64,000 nucleotides of DNA from Eledone cirrhosa. Taxonomy: Eukaryota. The notes under the pieces were generated by a model. That model saw only the letters and a list, made by a program, of their open reading frames with translations, was not told the origin of the DNA and did not search any database. Positions within the stretch are counted from its first letter, which is position 1; every line of letters begins with the position of its first letter. Of this stretch, positions 1 through 12,290 are shown piece after piece. Both the position numbers and the translations under genes were made by a program. The stretch covers positions 3,348,001 through 3,412,000 of the forward strand of contig OZ024747.1 in the NCBI GenBank assembly GCA_964016885.1. Direction: 5' to 3'.

Positions 1-1400
1 TCAGTTGTGAATGTTGGTTGCCTGACATATGTATGCATTTTATTCATCCAGCATTGCTAGAAAGGAAACCATTTATGGAAAGTTGCTTCAAAAAAATCTA
101 CATCCACTATATATTGATTATAGGTTTATGACCCATGGTTGCATTTAGTATTCCATTCTCATTTTGTATAAATAATGGTTAGTTTTGGGGTGATGATTGT
201 AGAATAATCATCTTGCCTACTTTTTACAGCAGATTTCTCTATTGATTCAGACATCTATGGATCAATGTTTTTACCTCATCGTTCTTTAGGCAGTTGGAGA
301 ACTTGATAAAATATAATGTAATATCCTGCATAGATGACCTTACAGTTTACAAGATATCTATATTTTATTTTTATACGCTGCAGCATTGTATTTAAAAACA
401 AACATGATTTCTTATCTCACTTCTCTATAAATAATTTTATTGATTTCTTTTGACTTCACAAAGTCAAATTTTGTTGGTAAGAGTTCCTATTGAGTTGACC
501 TCAGAATAAAACAGGTATCTGCTGAATTGACAAAGATCTGATATAAACTAATATTGAACATGGTGGGACAAAATTTAGTCTACCATCTATCACTGTTTTT
601 GTATTTCTATATTTAGTCTGTCACTCTTCTTACATAGCCATGCACACTGACATTACACATGAATGGGTGTATACTCAGTTCATTTGTTTTAGCTTTTAGA
701 CATCATCCACATTCAAGTTTTATGTCTCTGTACCATACAATATTGCACTTCGTGCACAAGCAGCATGCAGCCTGCCTTTCACTTGGAGAGAGAATCTCTT
801 TGTGTCTTGCAGAGACAACAGCTCTCGAAAATTTATTCCCCCTATTCTTAATCTGGATACTGTATATTTGGAGCATCCACCTCAATTGTTTATTAAGTCA
901 TCTATGTAATGGAAGCTATCATCATCTTATAGAGAGACTCCTAGGAATTTAAAGGAACTCATTTCATTGCTACTTTTACTTGATTGGTTCAGTTTCCATA
1001 CTTGGAATTTTTCCTGTAGTTCTTTTAAAAATTCAGCTCAACCTTGGCATTGACATACATGATAGCTTACATATAACATGTGATGAACAAATCTGTTACA
1101 GAGAACTATAATAAATATGAAAAGGCTGAGACCTGAACTCTGTTGGACAGCTTGATGCTAACCCCCACCTTCTTGATAGCATCCTAATACATGACTTGTA
1201 TAGATCTCATAACACATTCATCTAGATTAAATTTTTCTTAGTGACCACCAAACTTCGATTGTGAAATCTTGTCAAAGGTTTACTGAAGATCAGCAAATGC
1301 TAGGTATAAAGACTTGTTCTTTGATGAAAGCTTCTTCTGTTGCTGTCAGACTTAGAAGAGTGCATCAGTGGTACACCTTACTGGTATAGAACTGTAATAT
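1..1400 (-). mobile_element. Highly decayed RTE-like LINE RT fragments (probably two pieces)
   Basis: Minus-strand remnants LAFADLQ*TFD (~1270-1300) and AVQQSSGLSLFIFIIVL (~1100-1150), corresponding to the FVDLEKAFD and GVHQGSVLSPLLF motifs. Many stops. Confidence 0.55.
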
Positions 1401-1764
1401 ATAAAAATTATCTTCCTAATTAACTATGCTATATCTCTTTTCTGCTACTTTCATAACATCACTTATTACATAGCATCGATTTGTATACAATTTAATACAG
1501 GTATCAAAAATTGATATTTACAATTTAAATTTATTTAGGGATTAAATAAACAATGGATGCTTAATCTTTTATGATAAAAATACTTGAGATAAAAGACACT
1601 ACCTATATATTTAACCCTTTTGATACCAACCTAGTCAATACCGGCTTTAGTTCTAAGAAAGAAAATCTCCCATTTTAAAGGAGTCCTATCTAAATAAAAA
1701 TGTTCAAACATATTCTTTTATATATACAAACCGTATGATCTATTACTGTCATAGTAATGAAATA

Positions 1765-1955
1765 TTTGTTTCTACTTTTGGCACAAGGCCAGCAATTACA
1801 CAGTACATTACTGTGGTACTTTATTTTATCGACCCCGTAAGGATGAAAGGCAAAGTTAACCTCGACGGGATTTGAACTCAGACCTTAAAGGGACGTAACT
1901 GTGCTAGAAAGCATGGCGTCCGACCCTCTACTGATACTGCCAATTCACTGCCCTA
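1765..1955 (-). mobile_element. tRNA-derived SINE (family A), full length
   Basis: A-box/B-box-like head (tggcagtatcagtag; gagttcaaatcc) and core gcctttcatccttacggggtcgataaaataaagtacc. TSD agtaatgaaata at 1753-1764 and 1956-1967. Confidence 0.88.
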
Positions 1956-2434
1956 AGTAATGAAATAATAATATTAGTAAATCTCTCAAAATTCTTCATT
2001 AATTAATTGAAATAGAAATTGTCACAAAAGATTTTAAATGATTTTTGAAAAAAGCTATAGATTGTAGATAAATTTAGTAAAGTAACTAACTTTTCCATTA
2101 ATAAATTGATATTTGGAACATTACTTAACAAATGATTATCACATAAAATTATCATAGAGGAAAGGACTATGAAAGCCATAAATTAGAGGAAAAGGAGGGG
2201 AAAGCATGGACTCTAGGGCCACGATAAAACAAGTTTTGTATTGAAAAGGGGGTGAGGATAACGGGTGGCTTAGTATCAAAAGAGATAATCGGTGAGTCAA
2301 ACCAACTTAATTGATTTGATTAAACCATTAATTGGTGTCAACTGACTGACTGAGCAAGTTGAAAGCAAACAGCTTTGAACTATGGAATCACATATATATA
2401 TATACATACATACACACATGTATTTGTACGTATG

Positions 2435-2466
<32 letters not shown>

Positions 2467-3140
2467 TGCTTACATAGATATGTATATGTGTATATACATG
2501 TATATGTATGTATATATATATATATACACACACATTCGTTGTACTGCCTCTCTGTTTTGTTCCTGTTCAAATTTTTCCACTGTGTATATACATACATATA
2601 TATGACATATATGTATAGTAAATATACAATATTTTTATAACTTACTCATTGAACTCACTCTTGACAACATATATAAAAAACTATGAAAATACCATAGACC
2701 TGCCTGTTATTTATTAAGCCAAACATGTATACACATGCATATATACTAACATGTGTTTACATTGTTTTACAATCTAAAACCTTCATTTGTATATTAACTC
2801 TAAGTCATATATATTAAAAGAAACTAATTGCTGCATGTAGGGAGCAAATCATATTTTTCTGTTTGCCAGTATTTTTTCTATGATGTTTCCTTCCGGGCTC
2901 AATAGAATAAAGTAGAGTCAAGATCTCTTGATGATGTAATCAATTCTACCACACCCCCTAAACGTGTGTCTGTGTAGCTATTGAAGAAAATCAATAGCAT
3001 GTTGGAGTGTGTGTGTGTGTAGGTATAATTATAGTTATGCATGTGTTTATGTATGTGTGTTTGTTTGTATGTATGCATGTACATATCTCTCTCTCTCTCC
3101 CTCTCTCTCTCTATATATATATTTATATATATATATATAT

Positions 3141-4005
3141 TTCGTTTCTGAATTTGTTTAGCAAGATTCTTTATCTGAAAATGTGTGTTGAAACCGATAT
3201 TGTTATACTTTGGGAGGGTCATGTTGCCAATAAGAAACACGCGCACCAGTTGCTTTCACTCCAATTTATTATAAATTAAATTTATAAATTTAAGAATTTA
3301 TAAATTTCTGGTTGGTTGGTTTGTCAAAGTTCTTTTGTCACACATTCTGTGACCTCTTCAGTGACTGGGGATTCTTTTCTTTCTTTCTTGTGTGCCTCTC
3401 CTTTGTTCTGTCCTACGCCATCTTGTTTTTGTGTGTGTTGTGTGCTTAGTTTGCGCATGTGCTACATCCGGGTGTCTGTGTGTGTTTATATTTGTTTATT
3501 TATTTGTTTATTTACATGTTACTGGTTGGTTGTTTGTTCTATGTGTGTGTGTGTTTTCATTTTGTTCTTAATTGTAAGTTGTGATGTTGCTATTCCATTC
3601 ATGTTTTCTATTTAATTTTGGTTGGAGTTCATTTATGTTTATTGCCTCTGTGATTTGTCTAAACATTGCGTCTTTTCTGTGTGTAGATTTTATTTTTATT
3701 TCTATGTTCTCTAATTTGCCCTTATGTTCTATTTTAGCATGTTGGTGGAGTATTGATGATTCTTTTTTATCTTGAAGCTCTCGCCAGTGTTCATTTAACC
3801 GTTCTCCTATACTACGAGCTGTCTCAACTATGTACACTATATTCTTATCTTTACATTGTCCTTCAGTACATCTTATGCTATATACTACATTTCTAGTTTT
3901 ACAGTTAATATGGGGGCTTAGTTTACAGATTATACATTTCTAAAACTAGAAATGTAGTATATAGTATAAGATGTACTGAAGGACAATGTAAAGATAAGAA
4001 TATAG
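3141..4005 (-). mobile_element. Penelope-like element 3' fragment (related family) with a short 5' fold-back
   Basis: GIY-YIG KCIICKLSPHINCKTRNVVYSIRC...YIVETARSIGERLNEH at 3568-3939. Terminal motif attgttatactttgggagggtcat is shared with the 36-kb element. Inverted repeat 3837-3901/3941-4005. Abuts (TA)n. Confidence 0.88.
3323..3365 (-). ncRNA. PLE-associated hammerhead motif (G12>A, probably inactivated)
   Basis: Minus strand reads GTCA-CTGAAGA-G-GTCACA(GAATG)TGTGAC-AAAA-GAAC-TT-TGAC. Stems I and II are intact. GAAA>AAAA fits CpG decay. Confidence 0.65.
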
Positions 4006-4203
4006 AAATCATGATTTTATGTTTGTGTGTGTCTGTCTAATAATATTTATGCATGTGATTATATATACATACATACATAAATATATACATACATTGCAAA
4101 ACATTCTTGCGATTCAAGGGATGACAATTTCTTTTCTTTTACAACCTTGCCACCAGGAAGGTGGCCGGTCAAAAAATATACTCGAAATTAAGAGAAAGAG
4201 ATA

Positions 4204-4790
4204 ACATACATACACACATACACACACACATATACACACACATACACACACGCATATACACACACATACATACACACATACACACATACATACATACACA
4301 CACACACACATATACACACACATACATACACACACACATACACACACACATACACACACACATACCCACACACATACACACACACATACCCACACACATA
4401 CATAGACACACACACATGCATACATACATACACACATGCATACATACATACACACATACACACACACATACACACACATACACACACACATACACACACA
4501 CATACACACACATACACACACATACACATACACACACACATGCATGCATGCATACATACATACACACATACACACATACATACACACATACATACGTACA
4601 TACATACACACATACATGCACGCACGCATGCATGCATACATACATACACACATACACACATACATACACACACACAGCATGCATACATATATACATACAG
4701 ACATACATACACACATACATGCACACACACATACACACATACATACACACATACATATATACATGTTGTAAATACACATGCACACAGCCA
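4204..4790. repeat. (CA)/(CATA) compound microsatellite
   Basis: Direct inspection. Confidence 0.95.
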
Positions 4791-4908
4791 CAATTATAAT
4801 CAGACACACACAAGCATATAATATTGATTTCTTCCATAGACATATGCATCCCCCTCCTCTCCCCCTCCTCCTCCTACTCCCCCCCTCATCATCATCATCA
4901 TCATCACG

Positions 4909-4944
<36 letters not shown>

Positions 4945-5073
4945 TGCCTATCCTCCACACTCCTATGAGTTAGGTTGTCACATTGTGAAGCATGACAGGT
5001 CATATAACTGGATCTAAGTCTTACATTATAAACATCAATGTGCTTTCTAATGACAAACACTTTGTGATGTGTA

Positions 5074-5420
5074 CCAGGTCCCTTTTATTGTGGCACTACC
5101 ACCATTACTACTTTACAGAGTAGACTGGGTGCTTTTTATTGTGATACCAACAATACTACTTTACAGAGTGGACTGGGTGCTTTTTATTGTGATACCTACA
5201 TTACTACTTTACAGAGTGGACTGGGTGCTTTTTATTGTGATACCTACATTACTACTTTACAGAGTGGACTGGGTGCTTTTTATTGTGATACCTACATTAC
5301 TACTTTACAGAGTGGACTGGGTGCTTTTTAAGTGGCACCACCACCACTACTACTACTACAACCTAATAGAATGGACTAGGTGACTCTTATTGTGGAAGCA
5401 ACACTATCACTTTACAGAAT
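5074..5420 (+). repeat. 48-bp minisatellite, ~5 good copies plus degenerate ones
   Basis: Unit ttactactttacagagtggactgggtgctttttattgtgatacctaca. Confidence 0.95.
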
Positions 5421-5502
5421 CAGCTGTGTGTATTTATATATATAGATCTATATCTATATCTCCATATATATCTCTGCTTGTTTGGCTGTACGTTTGTTTT
5501 CA

Positions 5503-5640
5503 TCTATATGTATGTATTTGATGTGTATATCTATATGTATGTATTTGATGTGTATATCTATATGTATGTATTTGATGTGTATATCTATATGTATGTATTT
5601 GATGTGTATATCTATATGTATGTATTTGATGTGTATATAT
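5503..5640 (+). repeat. 27-bp tandem repeat x5
   Basis: Unit tctatatgtatgtatttgatgtgtata. Confidence 0.95.
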
Positions 5641-5892
5641 ATATATTTACGATGTAGACCTTCATACAATCTGCTCCTTTGAGTTCACCTGGTCCTTCTT
5701 TTTATCATTCATATCTTGGACAATGTCAAATATTTTATCAAACTTGATTATTTTCAATATATTTTCCAATTTTTAAAAATATAATTCTAGTTGAATCTGG
5801 TTCTTTAAATTTCCTATCCAACACTCTACCAACAATCTATACTTATTTTATATGCTAGTGTCTTTTTTTCACTCTTCCTTTCTATGTGTGTC

Positions 5893-5910
5893 TATATATA
5901 TATGTGTGTG

Positions 5911-5944
<34 letters not shown>

Positions 5945-5949
5945 TAGGT

Positions 5950-6000
<51 letters not shown>

Positions 6001-6594
6001 TAGGTAGATATATATATATAGAGAGAGATAGGTAGATATATATATATAGAGAGAGAGAGAGATAGGTAGATATATATAGAGAGAGAGAGGGAGAGATAGG
6101 TAGATATATATATAGAGAGAGAGGGAGAGATAGGTAGATATATATATAGAGAGAGAGGGAGAGATAGGTAGATATATATATATAGAGAGAGGGAGAGATA
6201 GGTAGATATATACATAGAGAGAGAGGGAGAGATAGGTAGATATATATAGAGAGAGGGAGAGATAGGTAGATATTTGTCTATTTTAATAATCAAGAAACTT
6301 TAGCGAAACTGTGAGGTAAAAAGTCACCATTAATAACATTTCACACATATGTGTGTGTAAATATGTTATGTATGTATGTATGTATGTATGTATGTATGTA
6401 TGTATGTATGTATGTATGTATGTATTATGTATGTATGTATGTATGTATCATGTATGTATGTATGTATGTATGTATCATGTATGTATGTATGTATGTATGT
6501 ATCATGTATGTATGTATGTATATATTTGTATGTATGTATGTATATATTTGTATGTATGTATATGTATGATATATGTATATATATATATGTATGA

Positions 6595-6643
<49 letters not shown>

Positions 6644-6950
6644 GTATATATATATGTATATGTATATATATGTATGATATATGTATGTATATATGTATAT
6701 ATATATATATGTATATATGTATATATATATATGTATATATGTATATATATATATGTATATATGTATATATATATATGTATATATATGTATATATATATAT
6801 GTATATATGTATATATATATGTATATATGTATATATATATATGTATATATATGTATATATATATATGTATATGTATATATATATATGTATATATATATAT
6901 GTATATATATATGTATATATATGTATATATGTATGTATATATATATGTAT
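5893..6950. repeat. Compound (TA)(GA)TAGGTAGA minisatellite, then (TATG)n/(TA)n
   Basis: Direct inspection. Confidence 0.9.
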
Positions 6951-7974
6951 GTAATAGTTATTCAGTAGTAGCAATTCTCATAGATTTAATCATTAATCTA
7001 TTTAAATGACAACTAAATAAATTCAGCTTTCTTCACATTTAAATTAATGATTTCAAGATCACAATCAATTTAATGACTTGTTTTATAATTTCAAAATATA
7101 TTATATATTACTATTATATTACCTTTTAATGTATTATTGTCTAACTAAACTGATATGGAAATGATATTGGATACAATTTTGCTGTCAGTAAATTGTTGGG
7201 TTCAACTGATACTTAAAGACATATATATCAACCATATAATTCTCATTCTAATAAAACTTTGCAACTCACTTGGACATATGAGAATTGAAAAATTACATTA
7301 GCTCACTCTAATTGCTTGTTTACATTGTTAACCCATGGCAAGTTATAGGTAGTAATTACAACTTTATGTATCTTCTATCATTTATAGTTGGTTTTATATT
7401 TTAGTTCATGTTTCTTTATATTATTGTTTAATCATGTGTCTGCTATGAGGAATTTATTTACTTAACTGAAAACTTCTTCCTCTTTATTCTTATTGTAGTT
7501 GGTTTGTTGCTTTAGTGTGTGACCGTACACATTGATTTCCTGATACATCAGACATAGCTTTATTATAAAGTGAAGGGGGCTTCTTTATCAACAACATTAT
7601 TCTTTGTTTTCATAGAAATATTACATCCTTCCGAAAAGTCCAGTGTAACATTCAGATGTATTATTTTGGGTTGTGGAGGACATAAACCAATGTCAAATAT
7701 TTCAAATAAAAACACTCTTAGATGAAACATCTACAATTATTTCAAGTAATGAGGGAATCTTTGTAAGGTCCACGAAGCTGCTGTCAATAAAAGAAAAATT
7801 TCCTTCAAACCACAGTATTTTGTCTCATGAAAGAATACATTAATAATGTAGTCCATGGTACACTATAAGAAAGCTTTAGATAAATGTTATATCTAACAGA
7901 TGCCAGGACTTAATTGGAATGGTTAATCGAATTTGCATAATGGGCAACTATTAGTGGATTGAAAGATTTCTTGA

Positions 7975-8390
7975 AACACTCCTTCCAGCTCATGGATGTT
8001 ATCCAACCATCTTGCTCAGGGTCTCCCCCTGGATCTGCTGCTGGTTGGTTTTGCCTGTAAAATCTGTCCAGTGATTCTTTCCTTAGACATTGTAATCACA
8101 TGCCCATAGCTAGCGAGTAATGTTACTCCAGAGTAACATTACTCTTTGGAAGAACCCCATTTCAGCCATAATTGTATTCTTTCGATTATTACCCAAGATT
8201 CATGACAATAAGTAAGGATTGGTATGAATAGAGAGTTTGGCTTTTATTCCTACCTCCCTTCTTTTGATTACTGAATGCTGAAGCTGGTGCATTACTGCAC
8301 CAACTGCTCTATTTCTTGCACTTAATTCAGCCTCCAATCTTCCATCACTCATGAACACAGCCCTGCGATACTTGAACTTACATCACCTTC
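7975..8390 (-). mobile_element. RTE-type LINE 3' fragment
   Basis: Minus-strand KFKYRRAVFMSDGR (cf. FKYLG..F.SDG) and a HESWV motif. Related to the 30440 and 41310 fragments. Confidence 0.6.
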
Positions 8391-8827
8391 AAATTTATGA
8401 ATTCATGCTACTAAGATGAAAGTTTCCCCTCACATATCAAAGTCTTTGTCTTTATTACTTACTCCATATATTTATTTCATATACTCTAACCTAACCATTC
8501 TACAATAAAACTCTCATAAACATTTATCAAGGAAATATTTTACATCTCAAAATTTGATAGCTCAAAGTATTCATTCTTTCATTTATTCATTAACTCGTGG
8601 TTAACTTATATATTACAGTACAAATATGTAACACACACACATTCATTCCTCCTCATCATCATTTTATGTAAATGAAACAGTTCTAGTCCTGTAGAAGTTG
8701 TTTCTGTATATATATTGTAAAGCTGCCTATACTCTACCAATGTATGGACTACCATTTTTAACCAAAATAAATATCATTATCATCATTATATATTTACATA
8801 TGTACGTACATACAGACACATATGTGT

Positions 8828-8874
<47 letters not shown>

Positions 8875-9328
8875 TATACATATGGCTAGATAGATGGCGT
8901 TAGGAAGAGCATCCAGCTATAGAAACAAAGTGTTTAGGATATGGTCATCTGATTTGTCTAGCCTCAGAACATGAAAGACAGTCTAACCCATGCAAGCATG
9001 GAAAATAGACATAAAAATGTGATGATGATATATATGTGTATGTATATGTGGTGCATGTGCATACACACATATACACACATATTTCTATATATAGAGAGAG
9101 ACATATATACATATATATATATATACACACAATGTATAAATGAGTGTGTGTGTCTTTACTATTTCTTTCTTCAGAGCTTTCATCAGAATAATTTAGTAGC
9201 CAAAACATAGAAATTATTTTCCTTGTCGGAGTAGAAATGGGTCATGTTAGGCACATAATAGTATATATATATATATATATACTCATTAGTTAAGCAAAAC
9301 AAGACCACAGATTTCACAAGGAAGACAT

Positions 9329-9510
9329 AGATTGGCAGTATCGGTAGAGGGTCGGACGCCATGCTTTGACGCATAAAGTTACGGCCCTTGCTATTCTGAG
9401 TTCAAATCCCGCTGAGGTTAACTTTGCCTTTCATCCTTATGGGGTCGATAAAATAAAGTACCAGTAATACACTGGGTAATTGCTGGCCTTGTGCCAAAAG
9501 TAGAAACAAT
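9329..9510 (+). mobile_element. SINE family A
   Basis: Same head, core and tail (gccaaaagtagaaacaat) as the other copies. Confidence 0.88.
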
Positions 9511-9809
9511 TATTAAAAGATTGTCAACATATTTTAGTTTGATGTAAGGAGTGTAGAGAATAATAATATTAATAATAATGTTGACAATCTTTTAATAATG
9601 TCTTCCTTGTGAAATCTGTGGTCTTGTTTTGCTTAACTAATGAATATTTCCAGCTCTGTGCACCTAACCTCTGCATGAACCCAGCCACCTAGCTGACTTC
9701 CACTGCATATTGCACATTGCGCTTTGGCTTCTAACTAATTCACCAATCTCTCCTCTCCTATCTCCTCTCCTATCTCCATCTCTCTCTTTAAGATTGGTTA
9801 TTCTTGAAC

Positions 9810-9844
<35 letters not shown>

Positions 9845-9854
9845 CGGCGATGAA

Positions 9855-10226
9855 TTAGTTTTGCGAGGTTTTTGATATGAAATCGGGTCGAAACAAATAT
9901 TGTTATACTTGGGGAGGGTCATATTTGTGTAATAATATTGCCAGAATTAATAACAGAACACACTTGGGAGGAAACATAATAGCACCACTGACGATGTTGC
10001 AGATGTGCAACGAAAGAACTTTTTTAGACTATATATATGGGTTTGTGTCTATATTGTATCTGTATTTTTCACCGTTGGTCAGTCAATGACAACAGTGAGG
10101 ACCGAATAAATTAAATTAACCGATATAAAAGACACAGAAGCGAAAACCAACCAAACAGTGAGTGTGTTCTGTTATTAATTCTGGCAATATTGTTACACAA
10201 ATATGACCCTCCCCAAGTATAACAAT
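9855..10226. mobile_element. Non-coding PLE remnant made of two inverted 3' ends (same family as 36111-38960)
   Basis: 9855-9964 matches 36111-36220, and 9965-10226 matches 38697-38960. Inverted arms at 9897-9964/10161-10228. Confidence 0.88.
9984..10025 (+). ncRNA. PLE-associated hammerhead motif (degenerate stem I)
   Basis: Reads ACCA-CTGACGA-T-GTTGCA(GATG)TGCAAC-GAAA-GAAC-TT. The 3' strand of stem I is lost. Confidence 0.5.
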
Positions 10227-10821
10227 ATATATATATATACACACACACCAGAATAATATATACAATAATATACATATGTATACACACAGTATTATATATA
10301 TGTGTACACAGTAATATATACAATAATATACACATGTATACTAATAATAATATATACATGTATACACAGTAATATACATATATAGACACAGTAATATATA
10401 CATATATACACACAGTAATATATACATATATACACACAGTAATATATACATGTATACACTCAGTAATATATATATATATGTATATATTTGTATATGTATA
10501 TATATATATGTATATACAGTAATATATACAATAATAAATACATGTATACACAGTAATATATACATGTATACACAGTAATATATATATATATGTATACACA
10601 GTAATATATATATATATGTATACACAGTAATATATATATATGTATACACAGTAATATATATATATGTATACACAGTAATATATATATATGTATACACAGT
10701 AATATATATATATATATATATATTTATGTATAGACACAGTAATATATACATTTATACGCAGTAATATATATATATATTATATATATATAGACACAGTAAT
10801 ATATACAATAATATATATATA
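10226..10821. repeat. TA-rich minisatellite with recurring acacagtaat
   Basis: Direct inspection. Confidence 0.9.
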
Positions 10822-11108
10822 TTCAGTTAATGGAGTCACTGCATGTTCATGTCAACAATGGACCAAACGTTATTTTTCTTCTCCTCTAGAATATGTCCTC
10901 TTTCAGTTGTTCAATACATTACAGACATCAAAATAAAATCCTAACATTGAGAATTGGTAAAAAGCCTAAATAACAAACTATTTCAATAACATTGTGTTTT
11001 CTTATATTTACTTTGGTCAAATGGCATTTCTCAATTATTCTTTCCATTTGATCATATGATGCTGTCAACTGTGTTGTGACATTATTAGCCTGTGTCTAGC
11101 TAGCAATG

Positions 11109-11312
11109 TATGAAGGTCGGATGAAAAGTTCATAGCCTGACCAAGATACTCTCATGGAATAACCAAATGAGGTTTATTTTTCAACTTAGTCCATGGAAAG
11201 AAACAATTCAGTTATTAATAAGAAGAGAGATAAGAGTTGAGATTTATGCATGCAAGATTTCTAGCATCACTCCTTCATAGTCTTTCTATGAACCTTTCAG
11301 CTGACCCTTGTG
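11109..11312. mobile_element. Mariner-type MITE; a second, truncated copy lies at 11534-11678
   Basis: Imperfect ~25-bp TIRs tgaaggtcggatgaaaagttcatag / ctatgaacctttcagctgacccttg preceded by TA. The left ~145 bp are repeated at 11534. Confidence 0.7.
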
Positions 11313-11680
11313 TGTGTGTATATATCGTTATGTAATAAACAACATAAGAGAATTATTTCATTTACCAAAAGTTTCACAAAGACAGACGCCTGTGCCAGGC
11401 TCGTCTGTCTTCATGAAACCTTTGGTAAATGAAATAATTATCTTATGTTGTTTATTACATTACTAAAAAGCAATGTAGCCTACATAGGGCACTCTCTTTT
11501 CCTTTACCTTTCTATGGAAATACTTCGTATATATATGAGGGTCGGATGAAAAGTTCATAGCCTGACCAACATACTGTCATGGAATGACCCAAATGAGGTT
11601 TATTATTCAACATAGTCCCTGGAATGAGACAATGCTGTTATTAAGAAGAAGAGTTGAAATTTATGCATGCAAGATTTCAC

Positions 11681-11756
<76 letters not shown>

Positions 11757-11959
11757 AGTGGAAGCTTAGTAAAATCGAAGCTGTGGCCAAGCTAACGACC
11801 TACAATTAGGAATGAGTAGCAAAGCAATCGATAAGGTTGGCCTTAGAGTAATAATATACGTTTAGACAGCTTGACAAATTGAAAAAAACAACGAAAAAGG
11901 GGGTAGCATATTGACAAACACATGCACATTTATGTATCCGTACCTCTCTATATATTTAT

Positions 11960-12290
11960 GCGGTGGATTGGCAGTATCAGTAGAGGGTCGGACGCCATGC
12001 TTTCCAGCATAGTTACGTCTCTTTACGGTCTGAGTTCAAATCCCGCCGAGGTTAACTTTGCCTTTCATCCTTACGGGATCGATAAAATAAAGTACCAGTA
12101 ATGTACTGGGTAATTGCTGGCCTTGTGCCAAAAGTAGAAACTATCATTTAACAGATGTTGAGTTCAAATGCCTCCAATGTTAGATTTGCCTTTGAACCTT
12201 AAAATACCAGTAATGCACTGGTGTCAATTTAATCAACTTTCCCTTTCCCCCAAATTGTTGGCCTTGTGCCTAAATCAGAAATCATTATTT
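11960..12290 (+). mobile_element. SINE family A followed by a partial SINE with a variant (B) 3' end
   Basis: Full copy at 11960-12141. A second B-box and the B-type tail (caatttaatcaactttccc...cctaaatcagaa) follow at 12158-12290. Confidence 0.85.

Noticed and set aside
2285-2300. G|GTGAGT donor-like site as a possible 5'UTR exon end
   Set aside because: A single short motif 16 kb upstream with no other support.
5074-5420. Regularly spaced repeats that look like a CRISPR array
   Set aside because: The units are contiguous with no unique spacers, the context is eukaryotic and there are no cas genes.
4114-7009. ORFs of CV/HT/MY repeats and the LLLYRVDWVLFIVIPT repeat
   Set aside because: Microsatellite and minisatellite read-through.
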